A stretch of 64,000 nucleotides of DNA from NCBI GenBank assembly GCA_965204165.1, contig OZ241969.1, positions 4,280,735 through 4,344,734 of the forward strand, in the 5' to 3' direction. A program made the translations under genes and the position numbers. The stretch is from Candidatus Poriferihabitaceae bacterium. GTDB lineage: Bacteria; Pseudomonadota; Gammaproteobacteria; Arenicellales; Poriferihabitantaceae. The stretch's first letter is position 1, and every line of letters begins with the position of its first letter. The notes beneath the pieces were generated by a model. That model saw only the letters and a program-made list of their open reading frames with translations. It searched no databases and had not been told where the DNA came from. Below, piece after piece: positions 1-8,967 of the stretch.

Positions 1-611
1 GGTGCTTCTCCGACAGTCGTCCGGTCCGGTCCTCGATGGCCGGGAAAATTTCGTCTTGAAAAAGGTAGCGGAGGTTGGATATAGTCGTCGCAAGGGGCAT
101 CGGGTTGTTCGGCGGCGCAGTGTGTGTTTCAAGACTTCACTATACCACCGTCCGACCCCTTGGCCCTGCTTTGAAAATCGCCTGTTGGGGTGAAAAACTC
201 GCTCAATCAGGCAATTTTGCAAGTCCTTCGAGTGGTTACAACAACCCGGCCTACCGGTTCCTCATGGTCAATCCACGATTGCCGGAAAGCCGGGACGGTT
301 CCGGAGTATTCTCCGGAATCGTTCGGGTGCCGATCTGGCCTTCCTTGTAGGCCGAAGCGGCGATATTCTCTTGCAGGTTCGGGCAAGCCCCTGCATGGCT
401 GCCGGTTTCAGTCCCGGTCCCCAAAGGCCATTCATGGCCGTCTTTGGTTCTCCGCTCTGCCGCAGGGAGGCGGCAGACAGCAACCGAGCGGAGAGCGAGG
501 GCGGTAGTGTCCGGTTGTGGATGGACCTGTCGGACTTGCCTCGGCTCTTTGCAGCGAGGGACTCCGCGCCACACGGCATTCGCCCGTATCTGTGCATTGT
601 CGGATGCATCC

Positions 612-1029
612 TCACGCTCCCACGGCCTGAATGCCGGCAACCCGGGATTCCGGTCCGCGGTAATCCTCTCCCTTCATCATCAATGCCCACATGGTCCTTG
701 CCATCTTGTTGGCCACGGCAATGGCCGCCTTGATTGTCGGCTTGCGGTCGAGCAGTCGCTTCAGCCAGCGTTCCGGCTCTTTCCCCCACCGGGTCGTTTT
801 CTGTATCACCGTCATCGCGCCGGTGATCAGCAATCGGCGCAGGTCCCGCTGACCCATCTTCGAAACCTTCCCGAGCCTTGCCTTCCCCCCGGATGATTTC
901 TGAAGGGGCACGAGTCCGAGCCAGGCTGCGAAATCCCTGCCGCACCTGAAGTCCTCCATGTCCGGCGCAAAGGCCAGGAACGCCAGCCCGATGACCGGCC
1001 CCACTCCAGGGATGGTCCGAAGGCGCCGG
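612..1029 (-). pseudogene. IS110-family transposase, C-terminal fragment; the 5' part is cut off by the IS66-family insertion at 1030
   Basis: ORF 612..1004 plus in-frame upstream codons read RRLRTIPGVGPVIGLAFLAF...GLVPLQKSSGGKARLGKVSKMGQRDLRRLL. This is the conserved C-terminal region of IS110/IS116/IS902 transposases. The frame runs directly into the terminal repeat at 1030. Confidence 0.75.
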
Positions 1030-1137
1030 GTAACTACTCACCCCTTATTTGCCCCATTATCCCCATCTGTAGGTTGACAGTATAGAATATTTTCCCTATC
1101 GTTCGGGTTTCGGACCACGAGACGAACCCGCACACAG

Positions 1138-1827
1138 ATGGGGAACCGCTATTTCGGCTCCAAGGGAGCTTCGGGGCTGTGCCAGCCTCTGATCGCCCTG
1201 ATGCCGCCGCACTCGGTGTATATCGAAACCCACCTTGGCGGTGGGGCGATCATGAAGCGCAAGCCGGGGGCCCTGCGGAACATCGGCATAGACTGCAACG
1301 CCAGGGCGCTGGAAGGATTCCAGTGCGACTATCCGGTGGAACTGGTGCATGGCTGCTGTCACCGGTATCTCCGGACGTTTCCGTTTGACGGCACGGAACT
1401 GGTCTACTGCGACCCGCCGTATCTGCAAAGTACGCGCAAGTCGGGCCGCCGCTACCGGCACGACTACAGGAACAGCGACCACGAGGGCTTGCTGGCGCTG
1501 ATCCGCGGCCTTCCCTGCTCGGTGATGATCTCGGGGTATCCTTCGCGGATGTACGACGACTGGCTGGGGGATTGGGGCAGCGTGTCGCTTCAGGTGATGA
1601 ACCAGGCGGGTGTGGTGACGGAGAAGGTGTGGTTCAACTTCACGCCGGACCGGGTTCACTGGCCGCGTTATGCGGGCCGGAACTTCACCCATCGCCAGGC
1701 GGTGAAGCGCAAGGCCCAGAGTTGGGGCCGGCGCTACCGGGGGATGCCGCATGGGGAACGCCTGGCGGTGCTGTCGGCGATGATGGCGGTGGAGGCGGAG
1801 GAGGCCGTGGAGGCGAGGGAGGAGTGA
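1138..1827 (+). CDS. compact D12-class (Dam-like) N6-adenine DNA methyltransferase, 229 aa, inside the IS66-family element
   Basis: Motifs occur in Dam order: RYFGSKG (cf. WAGGK), YIETHLGGGAIM (FxGxG-type SAM loop), IDCN, VYCDPPYL (DPPY catalytic motif), VMISGY. The stop lies 4 nt before the transposase ATG. Confidence 0.75.
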   Translation: MGNRYFGSKGASGLCQPLIALMPPHSVYIETHLGGGAIMKRKPGALRNIGIDCNARALEGFQCDYPVELVHGCCHRYLRTFPFDGTELVYCDPPYLQSTRKSGRRYRHDYRNSDHEGLLALIRGLPCSVMISGYPSRMYDDWLGDWGSVSLQVMNQAGVVTEKVWFNFTPDRVHWPRYAGRNFTHRQAVKRKAQSWGRRYRGMPHGERLAVLSAMMAVEAEEAVEAREE

Positions 1828-1831
1828 ATCC

Positions 1832-2552
1832 ATGGGGACGGTGAACCGGGTTGCGCTGCGCGAGGAGTTCGATGCGCACCGGGAGAGTTTCCGGTCACTG
1901 TGCAGGGAGGGCAAGGTCAGCGCGGAATGCGAGGTGCTGTTCAACGCCCTGTTGATGCTGATGGAGTTGATGATGGCGGTGTTCATGGAAAAGACCACCC
2001 GCAAGACGCCGGTGAACGCGAGCCTGCCGCCGTCCCGTGAGGGGAAGGATGAGACCGCGGCACGCCCCGGGAGCCGTGGCAGGGGACCGGAGCAGCCGCA
2101 CTGGGAAACGGGCCATACCCGTCTGGTGAGTGAAACCGGGGTATCCCCGGTGACGGAATGTTCGGCCTGCGGCAGGAACCTGGTGCGGGTACGGTGCGAG
2201 GGCCATGAGCGTCGCACCCTGGTGGACATCGTGTTCGAGACCCGGGAATACCACGTGGATGCCGAGATCAAGACCTGTCCGCGCTGCCATGCCGAGAACC
2301 GGGGCGCCTTTCCGGACGGCCTGCCGGGTCCGCTGCAGTACGGACACGGCATCATCGCGTTCGCCGCCCACCTGATGGTGGCGCAGATGGTGCCGCTGAA
2401 GCGTGTGGTCCAGACCATGAAGGCGATGACGGGACGGGCCATTGCCGAGGCGACCCTGCTGGCCTGGCTGCTGCGCCTGCACGATGCCCTGGCGGACTGG
2501 GAGGCTGCCGCCGTCGAGTGCCTGCTGGCCGCGCCGGCGCTGCATGTGGACG
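1832..2552 (+). pseudogene. IS66-family transposase, N-terminal 240 codons, truncated by the IS4-like insertion
   Basis: Identical to residues 1-240 of the 485-aa ORF 25496..26953 up to ...APALHVD. It then diverges exactly where the IS4-like inverted repeat begins. Confidence 0.85.
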
Positions 2553-4172
2553 CAGCAATTCCCGCCATCATCTGTAGTCCAATAAAGACGTGGGTTTGAG
2601 GCGGTGCTGGGGGAAGGCGGTTCGCAGACTTTTCCTGAAAAGGCGGTATGATCCGTCTGATTTCACGATATCGGATGATCTGTCATGTCGAAAGCCGTGT
2701 TTCGCAAGACCCTGAGCGTTCCGGGTCTGCTTCGGGTGGTGCGTGGGCATTTTGATCGCATTGAGGATCCCATCGTGAGCCGGGGCCTGGCACTGACGGA
2801 CTGCCTGATGTCGGGGCTGGCGGTATTCGCGCTGAAGTACCCGTCGCTGCTGAGTTTCGAGCAGGACGCACGGGACGGGGGCCGGATCCGGTCGAACCTC
2901 AGGGAACTGTACGGGGTTGGCCGCGCGCCGTCGGACACGGCGATGCGCGAGCGCCTGGACCTGGTGGACCCGCGTGCGCTGCGGGGTGCCTTCAAGGGTG
3001 TGTTCGCGGCCCTTCAGCGTGGCAAGGGTCTGGAGGGTTTCACCTGGCTGGGCCATCATCTGCTGTCGGTGGACGGGACGGGGTACTTCTCGTCGAAGAG
3101 TGTGCATTGCGACCATTGCTGCGAGAAACATCACCGTGACGGCAGCACCACCTGGTACCACCAGATGCTGGGGGCGGTACTGGTCCACCCGGAGCACCGG
3201 GAGGTGTTCCCGCTGGCGCCGGAACCGATCATGCGTTCGGACGGTTCGCGGAAGAACGACTGCGAGCGCAACGCGGCGAAGCGTCTGCTGCGTGACGTCC
3301 GTCGCGAGCATCCGCACCTGAAGCTGCTGGTGGTGGAGGATGCGCTGGCGTCGAACGGGCCGCACATCCGGCTGCTGGGGGAACTGGACATGCGGTATGT
3401 CCTGGGCGTGAAGCCGGGGGACCATGGGGAACTGTTCCGCCGTGTCGAGGCCTCGGCGGCGACCCGTACCGTGGAGAGGTCGGAAGGGGGCGGCAGCCGT
3501 TTCCGGCTCCGGTTTCTGAACGGCGTACCGCTGAACCAGGCGAACCCCGATCTGGCAGTGAACTTCCTGGCGTGCCGGGAGACCCGCCCCGATGGCCGGG
3601 AACTGCACTTCTCCTGGGTCACGGACATGGAGGTCACGGAATCGAACGCGCATGACCTGATGCGGGCCGGACGCGCCCGTTGGCGCATCGAGAACGAGAC
3701 GTTCAACACCCTGAAGAACCAAGGCTACGGCTTCGAGCACAACTTTGGTCACGGCAAGCGGCATCTGGCGACGGTGTTCGCCCACCTGACGATGCTGGCG
3801 TTCCTCATCGACCAGGTGCAGCAGCGGTGCTGTGCGCTGTTCCGGGCGGCCCGGGAGAAGGCGGGCGGTTCGAAATACCTGTGGGTGCGGTTGCGCGGGC
3901 TGTTCACGGAGTTCTACATTCCGGACTGGGAGACCCTGTACCGGGCGATCGCGTTCGGGCACCGGAAGACGGAGTTGGTGCCCTTCGACACTTCCTGACC
4001 CGGCGGCCGTGTCCGAATATGCAACGGGCCGGTTCTTCGGAGAATCATGTGGCCAGCAGACAATCCGGCACACCGCCCGGAGGGGGTTCCCTCCCCGCGT
4101 AGTCGGGGAACAGGGGCTCAAACCATGAAATCCGCCGAATCCAATCCGTGATAGGATTAGCGGGAATTGCTG
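2553..4172 (+). mobile_element. IS4/ISAs1-superfamily insertion sequence (1,620 bp)
   Basis: 13-bp terminal inverted repeats: CAGCAATTCCCGC at 2553-2565 and its reverse complement at 4160-4172. It contains a single transposase ORF. No matching target duplication is present (left flank GTGGACG, right flank GGCATGG). Confidence 0.75.
2685..3998 (+). CDS. DDE transposase (IS4 superfamily, DDE_Tnp_1-type)
   Basis: 437 aa. The N-terminus HFDRIEDP...LTDCLMSGLAVFAL resembles the ISAs1/IS4 N-terminal domain. Other motifs are LSVDGTG, VVEDALASN and the C-terminal RARWRIENETFNTLKNQGY (YREK-type motif). Confidence 0.8.
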   Translation: MSKAVFRKTLSVPGLLRVVRGHFDRIEDPIVSRGLALTDCLMSGLAVFALKYPSLLSFEQDARDGGRIRSNLRELYGVGRAPSDTAMRERLDLVDPRALRGAFKGVFAALQRGKGLEGFTWLGHHLLSVDGTGYFSSKSVHCDHCCEKHHRDGSTTWYHQMLGAVLVHPEHREVFPLAPEPIMRSDGSRKNDCERNAAKRLLRDVRREHPHLKLLVVEDALASNGPHIRLLGELDMRYVLGVKPGDHGELFRRVEASAATRTVERSEGGGSRFRLRFLNGVPLNQANPDLAVNFLACRETRPDGRELHFSWVTDMEVTESNAHDLMRAGRARWRIENETFNTLKNQGYGFEHNFGHGKRHLATVFAHLTMLAFLIDQVQQRCCALFRAAREKAGGSKYLWVRLRGLFTEFYIPDWETLYRAIAFGHRKTELVPFDTS

Positions 4173-4175
4173 GGC

Positions 4176-5276
4176 ATGGGCGCGCGTGCTGAGAATTACA
4201 TCCGGCATACGACGATCGGAGACCCCGTGCTCGACCCGGTCATGGAGGAGCTATCCGCCATGCCTCCCGTCGACCTGCACCGATTCATCGGGGCGGGCGT
4301 CGAGCAGCAGCCCGACATTCTTCGCAGGGCGCCGCAGGTGCTGCGGGATTTCTTCGATCATCTGGAAGATCCTCCGTGGCTTGACCGCGAGGCGTTCAAG
4401 CCCGGGATCCGCGCGTTCAGCACCAACGCGGACCTGATGCTCGTGGCCTTCGTTGCGGGCGTGCTGGTGGAAGGGTTTTCGACGCTGATCGCAAAATCGT
4501 TCAACACCACCAAGCGGGTGGCGGCCACCAAGCGACGGCTGCAGCAGAACAACCGGCAGTTGGTGGAAATTTTCTTCCCCGGCGGATTGGACCGGGACGG
4601 CGACGGCTGGAAGCTGTCCACGCGCGTGCGGTTCGTGCATTGCCGCATCAGGACGCTCCTGGCGCAGTCGGACGTATGGGACGAGGACGCCTGGGGCACG
4701 CCGGTCAGCGCGGCGCACCTGGGGCTGGCGATCGCGGTTTTCTCCAAGCGCCTGCTGGATTACTCGATGAAGGTGGGCGCGACATACACGCCCGAGGAAA
4801 AGGCGGGCGTGCTCGCCGTGTGGCGCTACGCCGGCCACCTGATGGGGATACCGGATTCGATCCTGTATGCCGACGGGGAGGAAGCCGAATCCATCTACAC
4901 GGTCGGCTTCCTGTGCGAACCGCCGCCCGACCGGGATTCCGTGGAAGTGGCGAATGCGCTGATCAAGTCCATTCCGTCGGTGGCGGGCATCACGGACCCG
5001 ACCGAAAAAAGGAAAACGACGGCATTGGCCTTCAAGCTTTCGCGCGCACTCATTGGAAACAGGCTTGCCAATCAGTACCAGTATCCATGGAGCCCGACGA
5101 TCGGAACGCTGTTTCTGTTTCGGCTGAAACAGTACCTGCAACGCAGGGCCAAGAATACCCAGTTGCTCCGATTCGGAAATTTCTCTCAGCTTCTGGACAT
5201 TTCCGTGTATGACGAGGGAGGCCTCAGCTACAGGATGCCAAACCACGTCCATGCCTCGAAGTCGGCCGACTGGTGA
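4176..5276 (+). CDS. DUF2236 / MpaB-like oxygenase family protein
   Basis: VRFVHCRIRTLLAQSDVWDEDAWGTPVSAAHLGLAIAVFS matches the family core (vRlvHaavR...G.Pi...l..T). The ATG lies 4 nt after the IS4-like right end, so the start or promoter may have been remodelled by the IS. Confidence 0.55.
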   Translation: MGARAENYIRHTTIGDPVLDPVMEELSAMPPVDLHRFIGAGVEQQPDILRRAPQVLRDFFDHLEDPPWLDREAFKPGIRAFSTNADLMLVAFVAGVLVEGFSTLIAKSFNTTKRVAATKRRLQQNNRQLVEIFFPGGLDRDGDGWKLSTRVRFVHCRIRTLLAQSDVWDEDAWGTPVSAAHLGLAIAVFSKRLLDYSMKVGATYTPEEKAGVLAVWRYAGHLMGIPDSILYADGEEAESIYTVGFLCEPPPDRDSVEVANALIKSIPSVAGITDPTEKRKTTALAFKLSRALIGNRLANQYQYPWSPTIGTLFLFRLKQYLQRRAKNTQLLRFGNFSQLLDISVYDEGGLSYRMPNHVHASKSADW

Positions 5277-5469
5277 ACGATTGATGCGCGACGTTTCAAC
5301 CCGGCGGCGCGCTGCGTCGCACGATGTACACGGCCGGGAAGGTCCTTGCCGATGACGCCCGCTCAACTCGACCGCGCCTTCGACCTGACCCTCCGGCGGC
5401 CCTGGGTGACGGTGGCGCTGGCGTCGTTCTTCCTGCGGTCTGCCCCGCGATCCGGCCGGAACTGAGACC

Positions 5470-6228
5470 GTGATTCGTCCGGGTCATGCGATCGGCTTCC
5501 TGGTCTGCTGCTGCATGGCTTTGGAAAACTCCTTGGCGTCGGCCGACACCCGGTCCATCGACGAGGTCCGGGCGGCCTACGCGGCGGGGCGGTTCGCCGA
5601 GGCGGCCGGGATTGCCGAAGCGCTCCAGACCGCCGAAGGGTATGCATTGGCCGCGGAGTCGCTGACCATCCATGCCCACCACATCGCGGCGGATGGCGAG
5701 CGGGAGGCGCTGCTTGAGCGGGCTATCGGACTGGCGGAGAAGGCGGTGGACTCCGATCCCGGCAATGCGGACGCCTATCTGCAGATGGCCCGCGCGATGG
5801 GTCGGCACGCACAGTCGATCGGCGCGGTCAGGTCGACTGGCCGGGGCTATGGGAAGCGGATTCGTGAGGCGGCCGAGACAGCCCTGGGGCTCGAACCCGA
5901 AATGGCCGCGGCACATCTCAGCCTGGGTCTGTGGAATGCGGAAGTGGTCGCTGCGTTGGGTCCTCTCATGGCGCGCCTGGCCTACGGCGCCCGCAAAAGG
6001 AATGCCCTCGCCGCCTTCGAACGCGCCCTCAAGCTTGCTCCCCACGCGAAAGCCGTACCTCTGGAATATGCGTTCGGTCTGCTGGCCATGGGTGGCGGAG
6101 ATTACCGCAAAAGGGCGGCAGGGCTTCTGGAGCGCACTATCCGGATGCCGGTGAAGGATGCTTATGATCGCCTGCTCCACGAACGGGCGGTCGAGCGGCT
6201 CAAGGCCCTGGAATCATCCGGCGGCTGA
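5470..6228 (+). CDS. hypothetical exported helical-repeat (TPR-like) protein
   Basis: GTG start, a hydrophobic N-terminus (GFLVCCCMALENSLASA), then an Ala/Leu-rich helical pattern. No recognisable catalytic motif. Confidence 0.45.
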   Translation: MIRPGHAIGFLVCCCMALENSLASADTRSIDEVRAAYAAGRFAEAAGIAEALQTAEGYALAAESLTIHAHHIAADGEREALLERAIGLAEKAVDSDPGNADAYLQMARAMGRHAQSIGAVRSTGRGYGKRIREAAETALGLEPEMAAAHLSLGLWNAEVVAALGPLMARLAYGARKRNALAAFERALKLAPHAKAVPLEYAFGLLAMGGGDYRKRAAGLLERTIRMPVKDAYDRLLHERAVERLKALESSGG

Positions 6229-6423
6229 GAACCGTGCGGCCCCTGCCCCATTCGGTGGTGCCGACTCGCACCGCTTCGGTACCGGGAGTTGAAAAGCGGT
6301 TCCGTGCCCGTTTCCCGTCCAGGGTGCGGCAGGAAGATCTTCACCCAACAGAAGACGAACCGGAATAATCCACACCATCACTGCGCAGACATCCCCCAAT
6401 ACCGGGGTTGGCCGGAAACGACA

Positions 6424-6891
6424 ATGACTCCTGCCACCGACATCCCGACGGTAACAGAAGAAATACCGGTCCTTCTGCTGGATGACGAACGTGGAGTCCC
6501 GGCGCCGGTTCCGCGCAGCCACATGGCCTGCGTGTTCGCCGGGGCCGTCCTGATGGACCTGGCGTTGGTCAACCGGATTGATGCGGACCTCGAGAGCCTG
6601 ATGGTCATCGACCGGACGCCGACCGGAATTTTCATGCTCGATCACGCACGGGAGAAGATCGCCGCACGGAAGGAAACCGCCGACGCGCGCGCCTGGGTCC
6701 GGGTGCTCTCGTCGGAAGATGCCGCCATGATCTTCGAACAGGCGCATATCAGGCTTGTCGAGCATCGGATACTGACGCTTCGGGAGGGTGGTTTTCGTGC
6801 GGCCTTCTGGCGCCCGCACCGTGTTCCGGCCCGGCTTGAGTCGGTCATGGGAATGCGTTTTCTGTCTTGGGATGCTTGCCCGAGAACATAG
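6424..6891 (+). CDS. GPP34/GOLPH3-family protein
   Basis: Internal ATG of ORF 6289..6891. IPVLLLDDERGVP...ACVFAGAVLMDLALVNRI...IDRTPTG follows the bacterial GPP34 pattern. Confidence 0.5.
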   Translation: MTPATDIPTVTEEIPVLLLDDERGVPAPVPRSHMACVFAGAVLMDLALVNRIDADLESLMVIDRTPTGIFMLDHAREKIAARKETADARAWVRVLSSEDAAMIFEQAHIRLVEHRILTLREGGFRAAFWRPHRVPARLESVMGMRFLSWDACPRT

Positions 6892-6981
6892 AAAAACCAC
6901 AGTCAGGCGGGAACCGGCAGGAGCAATACATGTGATGTCCAACAAGGCTGGCATCGCCGTCTATATCAGGTCAGGGATCAC

Positions 6982-7170
6982 TGATTTGTCTCTACTTTGG
7001 CAACACGCGGTTCCGGTAAAAATCCATGAGCATGCGCAGCCTTGCCCCGCCTCTCCTTGAACGCCCGCAAAAGCCGTAATCGAAATGGCGCTGTCGCACC
7101 TCCAACCCCAGGCGGCCGGGGCGCATGCCAGTCCGGTTTCACCGAGGCCGGCCGGCCCGCAAGTACTTCA
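6982..7170. repeat. imperfect direct repeat, copy A (degenerate gene-end fragment)
   Basis: Shares blocks TGATTTG, CCGGTAAAAATCCATGAGCATGCG, CAACCCCAGGC..CC..GGCGCATGC, TTCACCGAGG and AAG(G)TACTTCA with 15032..15197, in the same order and orientation. Confidence 0.6.
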
Positions 7171-7252
7171 GCATCAGCCTGACACCCGCCCCCGGGATTC
7201 CGGTGGAATCCGCACCCGCCCCGGCCAGGACAGCACCGGCCCTTTCCGCCCC

Positions 7253-7720
7253 CTATCCGGATATCTCTATTCCGACCGTATTCCAGCGCGCCCGGGGTTC
7301 ATCTCCCGATTTCCAGCCATCCGGCATTCCTGACCGGAGTCCGGCGGCATTCAGGCGCATGTTTTCTTCCCTGGTGATGACCGCGACAGCATAGGCGTCG
7401 ACGACGGCCTGCATGTCGCCGGCGGTTTCCGCCCTCCAGAAGAGATCGAACAGGACATTGACCGGGATCGCATGATCGACCGTCACGGTCTGTCCGCACC
7501 GGTTCCACCGGCCGATTCGCATGGCGTCCCTGCTTGCCGGATGGCGTGGGTTTTTCCTGGCCCTGGAGATTGACCGGACACCCCCGAACTTCGCCGCGCC
7601 AATCCGGCTGTCCCGGCTGTTCCTGAATGCCCTTCGAAGGACGCTCTTTTCGACGTGGCGGTCCGAGGCATGCCAGGCTTTCAGCCCGGCCTGCAATTGA
7701 AGGGCGTTTCCCGGCATCAC
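7253..7720 (-). CDS. hypothetical protein (possible HNH-like VDHAIPV motif)
   Basis: 155-aa ORF with no strong family signature. The only hint is CGQTVTVDHAIPVN. Confidence 0.35.
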   Translation of the reverse strand: MMPGNALQLQAGLKAWHASDRHVEKSVLRRAFRNSRDSRIGAAKFGGVRSISRARKNPRHPASRDAMRIGRWNRCGQTVTVDHAIPVNVLFDLFWRAETAGDMQAVVDAYAVAVITREENMRLNAAGLRSGMPDGWKSGDEPRARWNTVGIEISG

Positions 7721-7830
7721 GCGCAGTCCTTATGAAACCGGGCCGGCATGCAGGAGAATGATCCACCCCGCAGGGACGCTTCCCGGCCGGCAGACGATCC
7801 CGCGGCATGCGCAAACGGTCGTCCGACGAT

Positions 7831-7866
7831 GCGGACAAGGCGGACAAGGCGGACAAGGCGGACAAG
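7831..7866. repeat. 9-bp tandem repeat GCGGACAAG x4
   Basis: Four perfect consecutive units counted directly in the sequence. Confidence 0.9.
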
Positions 7867-7991
7867 CCGTCCAGATCCACCAACCCGGTCGGCAACAGCG
7901 AAACCCGGCTGTCGCCGTCAATCGGGCAGGTTGCACCGTGAAACCCGGGACTTCAGGCTCGACGGGCCGGGCCGGACCGTGCGGCGGCGCC

Positions 7992-8762
7992 TCACTGCGA
8001 GGATGCCGGCTGTCGCCGGTCAGTGCTCTGCTTGCCGGCAGGGCATGCGCCGACCTGCAGCGCCCCGTCGCATTCGTAGATGTTCTTGATATCCGACGCC
8101 TTGACCTGGATCGACGACTTCAGGTCGTTGGTCACCCTGCCGGCTCCGGCGAACTCAAGCCATGTGCGGCAGGTCGCGGTGACCTTGCACAGGCGCCCCT
8201 CGAACAGTTCCTGGATGGTCACATTGACCTTGTGCTGGATGTCGATGTCCCAGCAGTTGCGCCAGGTGACGAAGGGCGCCGTGTGCCAACTCGTGCCGAC
8301 GAGGCACGTGGCGTTGGCGGTCTGGTAGTTGTATTCCGTCAGCTTCGTGGTGACGTCGACGCTGTCGCGGGGGTGGGGCGGTTCCGGCGGCGGCGGAGGG
8401 GGCGGACATGCGTTGCGCACGAGATCCCCGTCGCAGTTCACGAGGGTACGCAGCTCGGCGGCCGTTCCCCGGTGGTGCGTGCTCTTCGTGCCCCCGTCGT
8501 CGGTCGTGCAGTCGGCGTTCACCGTGCACTTGCGGGTGAAGTCAACGCGCACGGTTCCCCGGGTCGTGCAGGTGCTGTACGCACCGCTGTTTTTCCATCC
8601 CGAGCGGCAATCGCTGGCCCAGGAGGAGTAGTAGGGATCGTCGGTCACGTCGGAAGAGTCACGGTCTTCTGGAAGTTCCGGATCCGCCGGCACGGACCCG
8701 GCCATGAGGCCCAGGACAAGCAGGGACGCCGCCTGTGCGAGGATGAACTTGACTGTCTTCAT
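7992..8762 (-). CDS. secreted cysteine-rich two-domain protein with poly-proline linker
   Basis: Internal ATG preceded by GGAGGG. Signal-peptide-like MKTVKFILAQAASLLVLGLMAGSVPA. 12 Cys arranged 6+6 around PPPPPPPEPP. Both halves end CDGxLxxxACP. Confidence 0.6.
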   Translation of the reverse strand: MKTVKFILAQAASLLVLGLMAGSVPADPELPEDRDSSDVTDDPYYSSWASDCRSGWKNSGAYSTCTTRGTVRVDFTRKCTVNADCTTDDGGTKSTHHRGTAAELRTLVNCDGDLVRNACPPPPPPPEPPHPRDSVDVTTKLTEYNYQTANATCLVGTSWHTAPFVTWRNCWDIDIQHKVNVTIQELFEGRLCKVTATCRTWLEFAGAGRVTNDLKSSIQVKASDIKNIYECDGALQVGACPAGKQSTDRRQPASSQ

Positions 8763-8967
8763 TGGATTGCCCTCCGGATTGTTAAACGAATCGTGTGCGC
8801 GTCTTGAGATCGGGCGCCGCCGCAGCGCGCTGTGTGCGAACGGCCCCGCCATCCCGCCCGCGGCGGGATTGCCCCGGGACGCCGCAGGCACAATTCCTGT
8901 CTCGCGACCGGGCCGGAGCGAAGCGCCGGTGAATGCCTGGCGGCCCATCGCGTGATTTCCGGTCCGG

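Larger units (their letters stand above)
1030..2552 (+). mobile_element. IS66-family element, copy 1 (truncated; only the methyltransferase-proximal 1,523 bp)
   Basis: Reverse complement of 26233..27755. The ORF track gives the identical 229-aa ORF, identical first 240 transposase codons and identical antisense ORFs. It starts with terminal repeat GTAACTACTCACCCC, and homology ends abruptly at 2552/2553. Confidence 0.85.

Noticed and set aside
1096-2571. 491-aa ORF antisense to the methyltransferase and IS66 transposase (also 26112..27689 in copy 2)
   Set aside because: Shadow frame opposite two genes with clear catalytic motifs; low-complexity Arg/Ser/Ala-rich translation.
2568-4208. 546-aa ORF antisense to the IS4-superfamily transposase
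   Set aside because: Shadow ORF. The sense-strand protein carries the recognisable DDE/YREK motifs.
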